Assembly (NCBI RefSeq): GCF_006345805.1
Contig: NC_043000.1
Coordinates: 36,828,001 to 36,892,000, forward strand
Source: Octopus sinensis
Taxonomy: Eukaryota
Direction: 5' to 3'
Length of the DNA stretch: 64,000 nucleotides
Of this stretch, positions 1-12,793 are shown piece after piece. Numbering within the stretch: the stretch's first letter is position 1; every line of letters starts with the position of its first letter. Both the position numbers and the translations under genes were made by a program. The notes under the pieces were generated by a model, which saw only the letters and a program-made list of their open reading frames with translations, had not been told where the DNA came from and did not search any database.

Positions 1-1822
1 CGAACAGCATCGTAACGAACAAAATGGAGGTCATTGTGTCAAAATGGCATTAAAAACTTTGTTGTAACCAGCATTAACAGGCTTCGGGGTGCAAAGCAAA
101 GGAGAAAAGCGGCTGCAAATATGCCACGTGTAATCCTCAAACTTGCAAAATTTGTGGCCTTCTTTGAAAATCGTTGGCGGGTGGGTCTTAAATGTCACAT
201 CCGACATAAGCATAATGACTGACAAAGTAAGAGTGCGTTGTCGGAGCCTCATACGTCAAAACCGACGGGAAAGTCCATCACACACACACACACTCTTCTA
301 CAGAAATATATCAGCTGAACTCTAATAGCACATTGTATGTTTCAATATTCTCGTTCATAATCTGCAGATTGGTCGAATGTGGGCTCTATTTTTCAGTGTG
401 GACCCTATTTTTCTGTGTTGCTTCTATGGGATGAGATAAAGTCTAACGTTTCGAAGTCTAACGTTTGTCGTGAATTTTGGATTAAAGTTGTATGGAATGA
501 TGACCAGGTAAATATTTAGGGAAATTCGATTTCTCTTCGGCACGAATTGTTTAAAGAAGTAGAGAGGAAAAGCAGAACTACCTATACTAATATCTCTCCA
601 AGATTCGCCAGAGTCCAATCTATATTGACTTAATCCCTGTCCTTCCTCCTGGCAATATGATCTCTTTTATAGGGATCCAAACAGTGGAGAGGTCAGTTTT
701 ATTCACATACGAAAGGTGTGGTCTAGAGAGGACAATTAAGGGCCACGTTAAAGACAGGGCCTTCACCACTGTCTCCTATACAGTTTCTACCGACCCAGTT
801 TCACTCAGCTTGCCTTGTTTGAATCCTTTGATATGACTGGAAACACTCAGTTGCCTCGTAAAAGGCCACAGGATTTCAGAGTTAGCGTTTAACCATGTAA
901 CCTAGACTTCATCATAAGCTACGAGTAATTGTCAGAAACATTTACAACAGAACATTAGGACTGTTTAGTTTCATTTGACAAGAGTTCCTACAGTAAACCT
1001 ATGCCATTTATTGAATCCTCATACTTCATATGCATTTAAACTATTAATTTCTTTTAAAACCCGCGGCCTTAATTAGGGCTGCATTAAAATATCTCATAGC
1101 CTAATTAGTTTTTGGTCAGAGAAAGGAATCGGTTTACGAGATTTTGATGTCTCCGGTGCTTGCTGGTTGAAATATCTCATGGCATTGTATAACATCATTC
1201 TTTAATTAAAATGATATATTAGTGACGGAGCTGATGTGCTAATGTGTTCTGTAATGGTTGCCCGTACTCAAAGAGAAAACCCTTTTGTTAAATTACTTGT
1301 GCAAGAAATCGATAAACAGCACTAATTTACCTCATTATACGGAAAATAAATTGAAAGTGTAACCTAAAGAGGAAAACGGCCTCTTACACGTGTGCGTGTG
1401 TGTTACTATAGAGTTTAATGATTACTGTTCGCGAAGCTGGTTTACTATCGACGAGAAAGCAATATTGATAGCATGAAATAATAATAATAATAACTGGTCA
1501 ACAATGGATTAGAAAATGTAAAATACTTTCACGTTATGTCATAATATCATAAAATATCAATAACAGATATTAGAAAGAATTATATTTACATATATATGAA
1601 TATGTATCATTTTCTGCGTTTCAACCCAAAGGCAGTGACTGATAGGAACTGAATAGGTACTTATGCACTACACTTGTTTCAAAAGGAGCCCCGAATGCAT
1701 ATCACGCAATTTTAAGGTGTTAATTCTTTAGTATTCTTTCATATCAGATACTTTAAAGATACATAATATGCTTTCCGTGCTCCTTATCAAATATGCGCAC
1801 ATAACTACCAATTCCATTCCTT

Positions 1823-1899
1823 TCATTTACAGTCGACCTCGGCGGAATTTGAGCTCAGAATGTAAAGACAGACGAAACACCGCTAAGCATTTCGCCCGA
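1823..1899 (-). mobile_element. Partial tRNA-derived SINE, family A (this window's label)
   Basis: The reverse complement matches the family A head seen many times in the window (CGGGCGAAATGCTTAGCGGTGTTTCGTCTGTCTTTACATTCTGAGCTCAAATTCCGCCGAGGTCGAC). Confidence 0.8.
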
Positions 1900-3646
1900 A
1901 ATATTAAAGTATATACAACCACTGCATGTTCGCATATGTGTATATATGCGATTGTGGAGGTGCATAAATCGTATGTGTATAGAATGATTTTACGATGAAT
2001 TCAACCTTGTCTGTTTATGCTATGGAATTAGGCTGTTGAAGTTTAGGAGTCCCTATGGTCGCGCTTTCCATGAACATATACATTACAACAGACATTATGC
2101 TCTATTTATATATAGTGTGTGTATGTGTGTGTACTATCTTGCTCCTTTCTTGTTCATAGTCTTTTCCCATTACAGCATATCACACCTATACATCTACATC
2201 CAATTCCATCGCCCCGCATTCGACTTCTCTCCCCTTTTGCCTCAAATTCGAAATCGCTCTCACCTCCTCACACTCAACGATTATACACATGCAAACTCCC
2301 TAGAATCGCACTTCACTTGCATATCTCGCCACGCACAAACACACAACGCTCACCCTATTTCCGATCCCGAAACACGGTCACACGCTTATACCACACAACA
2401 ACACCGGTCTCTTCCTCCCTCCCTCACTTTACACCTCTAGAAATAGGTTCCCATCTGGCCCCTAAATTCTCGTAGGGTTTTATCCCTTTACAATAACGTT
2501 TCTTCTTCAAGTCCCTTTCTCTTTAAAGAGTTAAACAAATACAATATGTTAAAACTTGTCCCACCTCTATTGTCCTTTTACTTTATTGCCGTCACTGTGT
2601 GTGTGTGTGCGCGCGCGTGTGTCTGTGTGTGTGTATGTGTGTCGTACATAACGTGGTAAGAAGATCTACCTATAGTTGAAACAAACACAGAAAACAAGTT
2701 AATGATATTTCCAACATTTCATTATATTCGTTTCAATAATTCTTTACAAATCATCATTTCTTTACATTGTCTCAATTCAATTGTTTTATATTCTATGCGA
2801 AAATTATTCCATTATTTTCTAACCGATTGCTTATCTACGAATCTATGCCTAAGCGTTTGTGTCTTTATACTTGTGTGTATTATATATTTCCCTGTATGCA
2901 GGAACTGAGACAGAGAATATGTGCGTCTTTATTCCTTTATTATTGTGTTTTCATATTCGCATGTGTGTACCAAGTGAAATCTAGCGAATATTTAGCACAG
3001 TTATTGATGGCAATCTTTCAAAAGTACACACAAGGACAACGAGAACAACTAACTAATGTCACAGAGAAACAAAGTCGAAGATAATGACACCATCAGACTA
3101 TCTTTCAGTTGCCAAAAGAGGAAATTAAGATGGTCAAAGAACAGTTAAAAAAAAAACTACACAAAATTAATTGATTAATTAATTTCATTAAATAATTTCT
3201 TTAGAGAATTCCTAATGATAGGAAATTATATTCGAAAGATAGAAAAGGAAAAAAAAAAAAAATGGTGGACGATTCAACTTGGAAACATATTTCAAGAAAT
3301 AAGGAAAATGAAAAACACTACAACGTTGTTATATTAGAATGACGTGGCGTTACCCGATTGGTTAATATTGTTTAAAACGTAAAACTGAGCGAGTTAAAGA
3401 CATCGCATCTTGTAAAGCTGTACAATGTATGGGTCCGCACTCTTGGTAATAGCAGTTGTAGCAGCAACAGTACTAGTAGTAGCAGCAACAGCAGTTGTGG
3501 TAGGAAATTAAAGGTAGAATTAAACGAATGAAGAAAAGAAGGAATCCATGTTTAATCTTGACAAGATTAGATTAGATTATTCGGCAAATTACAGGTTTCT
3601 GTCCAAACAACAACAGCAGTAATCTTTTAATTGAGGTGGATTTATC

Positions 3647-3830
3647 ATTTTACTTGGTTTAGTCATTAGACTGCGGCCATGCTGGGGCACAGACAAAGTT
3701 TTACTCGAATGAATTAACTCCTGTACTTACTTTTTAAGCCTGCAACTTAATTTCGTTTGCGGAACCGCTAAGTGAACACACCACCACTGGTCGTCAAGCG
3801 GTGGTGGGGAAAAAGACAGACACACGCATA

Positions 3831-3878
<48 letters not shown>

Positions 3879-4165
3879 TATATATAGTTAATCCAAACAA
3901 GAAAGCACAAAAAAAACAGAACGCGAGGACGTGGAACAAATATAGTATTATTGGACGCTCAGGAAAGAAAGAAAGGAGGGTTTAACGTTTCGAGCGGAGC
4001 TCTACGTCGGAAACACTACGGGCTTTTTTTCGGTTTCCGTCTACCAAACCCATTCACAGATCTTTGGTTGGCTCGAGGCTACAATAAAAACACTTGCCCA
4101 AGGCTCCACACAGTGGGTTTGAACCTTGAACCATGTGGTTGAGGAGTTTTTTTACAACACAGCCA
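3647..4165 (-). mobile_element. tRNA-derived SINE family B with internal (TA)n, interrupted by a Penelope-like fragment
   Basis: Head GGCTGTGTTGTAA...GGTTCAAACCCACTG...CCTTGGGCAAGTG and tail CCCCAGCATGGCCGCAGTCTAATGACTAAACCAAGTAAAA on the minus strand, homologous to copies at 25376, 28797 and 53397. Confidence 0.85.
3886..4015 (-). mobile_element. Penelope-like terminal repeat fragment with a degenerate minimal hammerhead motif
   Basis: Minus strand GTTTCCGACGTAGAGCTCCGCTCGAAACGTTAAAC: CUGANGA-like core (CCGACGU), GAGC/GCUC stem II, GAAAC and palindromic AACGUU stem III. It sits in the TA tract of a SINE. Confidence 0.55.
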
Positions 4166-4614
4166 TATGTATATTGTATCTATTGTTGTTGTTTAACACC
4201 TGATGTAGATTAATGGAACATTCTGATAATTAAAAGTATTCCATATAATAATCTAGATCTGTTGTCTAGTGCGACGTTCTGCTTTTTAAAGCTGTGATAT
4301 GAGATTTGGGAAGGAATCAACAGATATTTATACGGGTAACCTAATACTTAATGGTTGCAATCATTTTGACTCGCCTCTGTTTTGAAATATTGAAAAATTA
4401 ATAATAACTTCGAAATTTCCACTTGCTTGTTTCTGTCACCATGCCTGACAAAGGTGAGGAGCTGAAACTTCGAAATCACAGTCAATTTTTTTCTTTTTAC
4501 TAAAGTTAATAATAAACATGTAACCTAGTAAAAAGCATTGATTAGTCTTTCAGTTCAATGTTAAATTGTTACATATAGACATAAAAACAATGTGTGTTAA
4601 TATATCATGGACTC

Positions 4615-4903
4615 TCTCGTCGTTAGACGGCATTTGAGGGTACGGCGATTTCTTGCAGAACAACCACATGGATAATTTGTTTATAATGATCAAATGTTTG
4701 TGTAGACCATAAGCTCACTCCCCCCAGAAAATCGACATTACCTGTACAGGTGCAACGGGCGTCACTTGTCAGATGAAGAAATGATCGCAGAGCAGCGTGA
4801 AATGAAGTGCTTTGCTCAAGAACACAACGCAACGCCCGGTCTGGGAATCGAAACCATGGTCTCGGAATCGTGAGTACAACACACTTTCCACTAAGCCATG
4901 CGT
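4615..4903 (-). mobile_element. tRNA-derived SINE (family C-related head, CORE-like body, distinct tail)
   Basis: A-box TGGCTTAGTGG, B-box GTTTCGATTCCC, then GTGTTCTTGAGCAAAGCACTTCATTTCACG, shared with the copy at 6992. Confidence 0.8.
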
Positions 4904-6007
4904 GTATATATATCTGCTGATTCACCAGAAGCGATAAATTACAGGACACAATACAAATGTAGAGTATTTTTTAAATACATTATAACATTATAACTGAAAC
5001 ACTCCGGTTTTCGCTAATTAGTTTCTCGTTTCCGATCATCGATTGGTACACCGAGCCTTGTTGTCCTTTGAAATATCCACTGAATATCTTTACAAATATA
5101 AAATGAAAGTTTGCAGAAAACACTAATCCTTATGTCCTACGGTTTAAAAGCCTTTTTGAACGACACGTGTGAAAACGTCTGATTCAAACCGGCGCTTCTG
5201 ATTTAATTTCTGTCTTTCATGATAATGTTTTTATCAACGTCTTAAACTGTATACATGTGAAGTCATGAAATTGCGATGTTGGAAAAGAAATGTTCTGAAA
5301 TAATACTTTAGTCATTCTTTTAATTAATACTTTTAATTAATGCTTATAAAAAAATAATGAATGTGTGTGTGGATGTTCATTTTGTTTTCGAAATGTGAAA
5401 GTAACTGGTTTTACTGATATATGTTTCAATATGTGAAGGAGCGTGTCTATGTGTATATATATTCATATATATGTATATGCATGCATAGATATATCATTCT
5501 GTGAATATTAGTGTGTGTGTGTATCGATGCGTCTGCACAGCTACATTCAAAATGAACCCCTATTTGCACGCTCATTGTTTTGTAAAAATATTAATTAAAA
5601 GTACTATTTTAAAGTATTAATTTGGATCTTTGCTTATATAGCAATGCAATTTCATGACTTTGTATGTATGGAGATTAAGACGTTGATAATAACATTAGCA
5701 CGAGAACTAGAAATTAAAATCAGAATCGTGAGATTCAAGAAGCTGTTTTCATACATGCCAAAGACTATTCAAAAGAAAACCAGTCTCGGTTTACCAGCTG
5801 ATGATTGGAAACGAGCAACTCTGAGTACTGGAAATTAGAGCCTTTCAATTATAGAGTATTAGAAAATACTCTGCATTTGTGTGTGCATGCGTACACACAC
5901 ACACACACACACACAATAGTTTACTGACTCATGAAGGCGAGATCAGCATAAAAAGTACTCCATCCAGTGAGAGATAAATACCATTTAATGTACACAGTAT
6001 AAATATG

Positions 6008-6433
6008 AGCTACTTATAATTTCTTGACGTGAAAACACGTGTCTAGGCAGGTTTTTATCACGTGCCTTGTATCACAGAAGTAATCTTCAGGTTTTCAGCG
6101 CATGGCCTGTCGTATTTGAAAATTGGGACGCTGGTACATGAGAAACCACAAGAGAAAACGAGACAGTCGATGCAGTAAAAAGTTGAGAGGTAAATAAAAA
6201 CGGAAAAAGTAAAGAAAGAAAATTAGTGTTAGTAAGTCTAATCTTTCTTGCTTCTATTTTTATTCACTATTTTCATCAACTTTCTTGTTTTTCTCGTGGT
6301 TTCTCCGGCATCAACATTCTAATTTTCAAATATTACAGACCATGTGCTCAGAGTCTGAGGCCTGTTTGGAGACAAGGTACATTATATGAACCCGCATAGC
6401 TACGTATATTGACAGCAAGAAGCTATTAGTAGC
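6008..6433. repeat. Long imperfect inverted repeat (old fold-back/MITE-like element)
   Basis: The left arm AGCTACTTATAATTTCTTG...GTATTTGAAAATTGGG...GAGAAACCACAAGAGAAAAC aligns with the reverse complement of the right arm AGCTACTAATAGCTTCTTG...ATATTTGAAAATTAGA...GAGAAACCACGAGAAAAAC over about 200 bp. Confidence 0.8.
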
Positions 6434-6991
6434 TTTTATAGTTATATTGTCTAAATTAACTGATTTATAAATTGATTAAGAAAGTCAATTCATTTGGTTG
6501 CTCAAAGTTTCATAATAACCGCCTTTTAACTGGACATCAATCATCAAACTTTTTGCTGACATCAATAAGTCGTTAGTTGAAGGCGTTGCAGAGGTAGTAA
6601 CTGTATCTGGACTGTTTCCAGATATAAGTTGCCTAGCGCCAAGTACACTTACCACCTCTCAGCCCATAAATATAACACGAAGGAAGCACAAGTCAAATAG
6701 TTTGTAACATTCATACAGTTACAGGAGATGCTAGATATTGAACAAGAACAACCATATATATCTTCTTTAGGAACAAGAACAACCATATATATATCTTCGC
6801 AGGATTTTCTGTCGAAGTTTATTCCCTGAGCCTTTTTTTTTTTCCAAACGTGTAATAAATTACCTGAGAAGCTAATTCATAAGCAATTTGTTGTCACTGG
6901 TTATTTTTCTCTGATTTCATTTAGTGGACTCTTGTCATGTCGAGCTGTGGCAACAACACAACGCATGGAACTCTTTAGCTCCACGTATTAA

Positions 6992-7265
6992 TTGGCTTAA
7001 TGGTTAGGCTAATCGACTCACAATCCGACAAGTCATGAGTTTGATTTCCGGCGGCGTGTCGTATCCTTGAGCAACACACTTCATTTCATGTTGCTCCAGT
7101 CCACTCACTTGGCAAAAACGAGTTGTACCTGTAATTCAAAGGGCCGACCTTGCCCCATTCTGTGTCTGTGGAGTACTCAGCCAGTTGCACGCTAATTTCA
7201 CGAGCAGGCTGTTCCGTTGATCTGATCAGCTGGAACACTCGTCGTCGAAACCGACAGAGGGCCAG
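6992..7265 (+). mobile_element. tRNA-derived SINE (CORE-like body plus family C tail)
   Basis: A-box TGGCTTAATGG, body GTATCCTTGAGCAACACACTTCATTTC, tail GTGTCTGTGGAGTACTCAGCC...CACGAGCAGGCTGTTCCGTTGATC shared with 50518-50876. Confidence 0.8.
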
Positions 7266-8327
7266 TTTAAATCTAAGTGATCAGCAGATAGTTTCGGTCA
7301 GGCTACCGACCTTTCGATATGTAAATGCTGCTGCTGCTGCTTGCTACAGTCCCCTCAACCCCAGTAACAACAGTAGCCACCTACATGAATATAAGCTTAA
7401 TTTCAGGATATCTGATGTAGATGCATATTTTTACCTCCGCACATTTTTCCTGACTTTCATATCATCAGGAGCGAATAGAAGCTATTGATTTCTGGTTGGT
7501 CTTCATTTGTCTTCATTGATGTTGTCTCCTCTTTCTTGAGTGGATTTACTTTTGTTTAGCTTTCAACCTTCTCTTCTAATTTTCCCTCCCTTCCTCTCTC
7601 TCTCTCTCTATATATATATATCATCCCCTCACTCCCCCCTCTCTCTCCGTCACTCGTATTCATTAATTTTCATACTATTCGTCAATGGCTCTCATTTCTC
7701 ATTGGTCTTCCACATTAAACTTCATTACATTTTATCGATTTTTCTAGCAAATATCCTCCCTCCCCCCCACAACCCCCTCTTTACATACTATTTTACTATT
7801 GGTTTCTATTGTATTTTTGTCATTTCTTCAGGTTTGTTTTCTATTTCATCATACTTAAATGATGTTCATTAGCCTTTAAATAGCCTACTTTAGACTTCAC
7901 TGCTCTACGCTCTTTATTTCCTTCATTCATTACTTTTCACTTTATTTATTTATTTTTTCATTTAATAAACTTTTACTTGACTTCTTTCTTAATTCTATCA
8001 AATATTATGTATTCTGCAACTTATTTCTTCGTCCCTCGTTTCAACATTCATTTGTACTCTCTCTCTCACACACGCACGCGCACGCACACTATAAGCTTCT
8101 ATTAAGCACTTGATTTGCATAAGAGAGCCTTTATTTAATTTTATAACATTTTGTATTTGTAGCATGCCATTAGTATCTCTTTAGTAGTTTTCGATTTTCG
8201 TGAAACTTTTGTGATTAAAAGCAAAAGTACACGCGTCTTTCTGAAACCGAACGAAATAAGCTGATGTTTGCACTGTTCACACGTCTCTTTGAATGCGATA
8301 AGGTTGCTTCTGCGTGGCCCACATTGT

Positions 8328-8660
8328 TAAAAATAGCACCCAAATCTCCCTTAATTTTACCATCTTGTCTTAAAAAAGAATATTTGCATTGATCACAAGT
8401 ATGCCTCTGTTAGAAATGACAACCAAATCTTACTCAAATCACACAGCAATTTAAGAAGATTACTCAAATTGTTTACAAGTATTTTGAAACACAAACTTTA
8501 CAGAGACAAATATTAGAAAACAGCAACCATATCTCCCTCAAATCACATTTTTGTCTTTAAAAAAATTGACAATGCAATCATACATACACGCAAAAAGTTG
8601 AGGAAGTCACGGTTGGGATAACTTTCATTATAAATATGTTAGAGTTAAACAGGCTATAAT
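8328..8660 (+). repeat. Old dispersed repeat (TAGAAATAGCARCCAAATCTCCCTCAAATCAC motif), three head-to-tail partial copies
   Basis: The motif recurs at about 8328, 8410 and 8514, and related copies lie near 19340, 22600, 27060, 48360 and (minus) 11680 and 4300. Confidence 0.55.
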
Positions 8661-8924
8661 ACCACAAACTCCACGATATTTTGAGGACACTGGACAGGTG
8701 TGGCATAGGTATGAAAAGATGAACACAAATGAGGTTTAATATTTCAGAAGAATTTTATTGATGTAAAATATAAATTACACCATAGCATAAATTCGCCCTC
8801 TTCAGGTAAAATTTTAAACAGGGGAGATGATGCTTTGATGATGAAATTTACAAACAACATCTGTAAATACGCTTATACAGTCGGTGTTTGTCACGCTAAG
8901 GGAGATAAAGTCAGGATGAAATTA

Positions 8925-10151
8925 GTGTTATTTCCCTTGGCTTCTGGACTGGCATTGCTGCAACACTCTTGAAAGGTGGTAAAACTTTTCACAGTATATT
9001 CCAGCTTCCAGTTCCTTTCAATGAAACAAGTCTGTGCAATGTTTCACCAAATTCTGATCAAGGATATATTCTCAGGCGAGTAAAAGTCTTCATTATTGAC
9101 GAAGCTCCAATGATCTCAGTTAATGCTTTGAAAGCTATAGATAATTGTTCAAGAGGTTTAATGAATAGTAATAGCATATTTGGTGGGAAACTTATCGTAT
9201 TATGAGATTTTAGATAAGTTCTTTCAGTTGTTCCCAGAGCTCTTCCTGCAGCTGTACTTGATGCCTGCCTCAAATGCTCCTCTCTGTGGGATAATTTTCA
9301 TCAAATGCCACTTACGCAGAACTTGAGAACAAATGCAAATGAACAAGATATTTCAAGGTGGCTACTACAACTTGGAAGTGGATTTCTTCATGGTTCTCTT
9401 GATAATCTCGCAGAAGATACCACTGATATTCTTGAGGCATGCATATGTAACAGTGCTTTGGTATCTGATATATTTGACAATTGTACAGCAGAAGAAATTA
9501 AAAATAGAGTGATCTTATCCCCTAAAATTTCAGACTGCTTCGCAGTAAATGAAGAAATTATGAGTAGATTGCCTCCTGAAACTAAGATATCTAAGCACCG
9601 ACTCAGTAACTTCTGATAATGAAGAAGAAACCTAGAATTATCACATGGAGCTTATAAACTCTTTTACACCTGTAGGAATGCCTCCCCATCGCCTTAACTT
9701 GAAAGTTGGAGCAATTATTATGCTTCTTGGAATCCTCTCTATAACACAAGGTCTGCGCAACGGAACTCGCTTGGAAGTACTTCAGCTCCACGAGCATAGC
9801 ACCGAAGCATTAATTACAAGTGCATCTCATTCTCACACGAAAGAACTGATTCCAAGAATCAAACTTACTCCAAGCGATGCAAACATTCCATTCGTTCGGC
9901 ATCGGATCCAGTTCCCGGTTCGTCTGTCCTATTCTATGACAATCAATAAAGCGCAGGGGCAAACATTCGATAGAGTTGCCATACACTTACCACAGCCATG
10001 CTTCACGCATGGCAAGCTTTGCGTAGCTTTTTCAAGAGCAAGGGCGATGAACAGTGTGACGATTAAAGAAATACCTCGAAACGAACCCACTCATGGTCGC
10101 AGAACGGGAATCACCTACACTAGAAACATTGTTTATAGGGCACTGCTCTGA
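8925..10151 (+). pseudogene. Helitron RepHel C-terminal PIF1-family (SF1B) helicase, disrupted
   Basis: Motifs TGIAATLLKGGKTFHS, FIIDEAPM, FGGKLIVL, LTQNLR, PPHRLNLKVGAIIMLL, GLRNGTRL, IPRIKL, QFPVRLSYSMTINKAQGQTF and HGKLCVAFSRAR are spread over three ORFs separated by stops or frameshifts. Confidence 0.93.
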
Positions 10152-10300
10152 CGGATGTATTCAACATATACTTTCACACAACTTTATATACTTACATTAT
10201 TAGTAAATATATTAAAGGACAATAGAAATTTTCATTGACCAAAATAGTGCAAATTAAAGATTTTGATTAAATGATAATTCATTGGACGATATTTAAATTA

Positions 10301-10329
10301 TCCGTGGACTCATTCACGGGTCCAGCTGG
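10301..10329 (+). mobile_element. Helitron 3' terminus (hairpin plus CTRR)
   Basis: TCCGTGGA-CTCA-TTCACGGG hairpin, then CTGG followed by T, about 180 bp after the helicase stop. Confidence 0.8.
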
Positions 10330-10572
10330 TATTGAATAATTGTTGTTACAACTAACTACAGAGTGTATATATATATATATTTATATATATATATATATGT
10401 GTGTGTGTGTAACAAAATAGTGAGTTAAAAAAGTTGTTGGCATTATTTATTCACCATTACATTATTTTCATTTGTCAATAGGAATTACGGTGTTTTGCAT
10501 GGGAGGAATTTCCCACTAGAAATTCTTCAAAGAAATTTCACACTTGATTAATCTACGCACACACACACACAC

Positions 10573-10607
<35 letters not shown>

Positions 10608-10614
10608 ATACATA

Positions 10615-11421
10615 CAGTAATCCCTCATCATAGCGTATTTCACCTATCGAGGTTTATCATTTAAGCTTACGTTGATTCCTCCGCGGTGTTGTTTTCCGTT
10701 TATAATAAAATAAATATATACAAATTATAAAAATAAAAAAAAAACACAAGAGCACTCAGAGAGCGCAAACCTCCGCCAGGCAAGCACCAACGTCCTCTCA
10801 ACGATTAGCCAGAGATTACTTTTAAAATCAGAATATTTGAAATAAACTGGACTGCTCTCACAAACGAGAATACTAAAAATGAACCCGACCGCTCTCAAAA
10901 TTTAAGTAAAATCCCGAAGAATCATCCAGAATCCTTGTCCGGTACCTGATCGAACCTAATGGAGTGTGAAGGTGGCTGTAGAAAATTTAGTAATAGTAAT
11001 AAATAGTTTATCCTTATCTAATGCACGCCAAAGTTAAATTTTCCATTCAAAATAGTTACAACCTAAAACGGAGATAACTGAGAAAGACTTGGAAGTTAAC
11101 GTAAGATCGTAATCATGCAAAGTAAATATAACAAATGATCCAGATTTCTTGTCCGGTACAGGATCGATCCCAAAATCTAATTAGTTAACGCCAATCACGA
11201 GTTCAAACATCCCTGAAAGTTTCCTCCGAATCCATCCAGCGGTTCTTGAGATAACATGTCCAATGACAAATAAATCAACAAACAAACGCGACTGAAAACA
11301 ATACTTCCGCCTTCGCTAAAACGGAAGTAAAAGTACACAGTACAGTACTATTTCTACTTCGTGGATTTTCACCCATCACGGAGGGTTTTGGAACATATGA
11401 CCCGCGACAGTCAAAGGATGA

Positions 11422-11424
<3 letters not shown>
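10615..11424. mobile_element. Tc1/mariner-pogo (Tigger-like) MITE of about 220 bp, split by a Helentron-type insertion
   Basis: Starts TA|CAGTAATCCCTC and ends ...CAAAGGATGAGTG. The halves 10615-10740 and 11332-11424 together match the reverse complement of the intact copy at 58321-58538. Confidence 0.8.
10745..11331 (+). mobile_element. Non-autonomous Helentron/HINE-like element with an internal ~190-bp insertion/duplication
   Basis: Start ACAAGAGCACTCAGAGAGCGCAAACCTCCGCCAGG, terminal stem-loop TACTTCCG...CGGAAGTA. Inserted in an A/T run. A homologous inverted copy lies at 45553-45933. CCAGA-T-CTTGTCCGGTAC occurs twice (about 10926 and 11141). Confidence 0.7.
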
Positions 11425-11452
<28 letters not shown>

Positions 11453-11740
11453 CTTAGAAAGTGGTTCCCACATAAAATTTAAGAGCGGATTCTCGTTCAT
11501 AATAAATGTAGATATAAACTTCAAAACGCAGAACTTCATATGCATACGTATGTACACATACATACATAAATAAATAAATAAACACATATATATATCATGA
11601 ACTTCGTAACTTCGGTGTGAAATAGTTTTTCTCCCTAGGTTTTTTCAAGTGCATTCAACGTTATCTCATCTCCAAAGATTTGGCTGCTATATCTAGCACG
11701 TCCTGCTACTATGCAACAGCTATTCGCTATAAAGGATCCG

Positions 11741-11951
11741 ATATACATATTACGTGGTAATAGGGCGTGCAAGAAATAGAAGCCAAATTTTTCCTTTTCT
11801 GGGGGAAAGGAGCCGTTTACGCGTGATTTCGATGTCACATTCGTTGAAGCATGCATGCGAAATAACCTGGTAAAGAAAACCCCCACGAAACAAAACTCCG
11901 TTGCTGGGAAACTGAGTTTTCCGGTGACCCAACGGGGCCCGGATAGTCTAG
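11741..11951 (+). mobile_element. Short non-autonomous Helitron
   Basis: GC-rich hairpin CCGGTGACCC-AAC-GGGGCCCGG, followed 5 nt later by CTAG|T. The 5' end is approximate. Confidence 0.6.
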
Positions 11952-12706
11952 TATATAACATTCAGATATTATAACTTTACGTATTTTTCTAATTTGTAAA
12001 TATTGTTTGTTCATGCAAAACATGAAATTGAAAGACACCTTAAGGAAAGAAACAAATACGCCATTACTGTCGCTTCTGCTCCGATATCTATAACAGGATT
12101 CTCATCTCTATGACGTTGGGTTTTAGTTTTCTAATTTGTAAACATTGGACTAATGTTTTTTTCATGCAAAAACATGAAATTAAAAGAAACCTGACTTTAT
12201 TTTGCAATGCAAAACATCGAAATTACAGTGTAGATATAGACATACTTCGAAACACATCAGCTCACGCACAAACACACACACACACATATATATATATTTA
12301 AATTTTCATGGAAACTCTTATCTTCATTCTGGCCCCTTAAGAAAATAAAACAAGAATGCTTTCATCATCGATGATTACACTCCATCCTTTTTTCATTATT
12401 TTTCCTCATCCTGAAACTGATATCTTGGAGAGGTCACCGTCCATGAACTGATGTCAATACAATGGTAAATAACTAACTAAATAAATGGTAAATACATGTC
12501 AAATTGAAAAGAAATCCCTTCCTACTCCCTATTTATCTATCTCCTTTGTCCTGGAACCTCACCCAAAGAAAAAAAGTTTTCCTCTTCTAAACAAGACGAA
12601 AATAAAACATCTATTTTACATAAATGAATAACCTGTTTGCACATTCACAATTTTATTTGACAAGTTCGAAAAACGATGGTGACCTCGTTTTTCTCAATAT
12701 ACAATA

Positions 12707-12749
12707 TCTATACACCACTTCTAACACTGTGTGTGCGTGGTGGGTGTGG

Positions 12750-12793
<44 letters not shown>

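Noticed and set aside
31-252. Minus-strand frame containing GIFAAAFLLCFAPRSLLMLV, reminiscent of GPCR TM6
   Set aside because: The frame is closed by stops on both sides (about 50 codons), with no convincing splice sites and no TM7 motif.
7446-7468. CCTGATGATATGAAAGTCAGG (minus) with CUGAUGA and GAAA
   Set aside because: There is no room for stem II or III. It folds as a simple hairpin and is likely chance.
8969-10151. Host PIF1 helicase gene
   Set aside because: It is intronless, broken by stops and frameshifts, and followed by a Helitron 3' hairpin-CTRR end, so it is transposon-derived.
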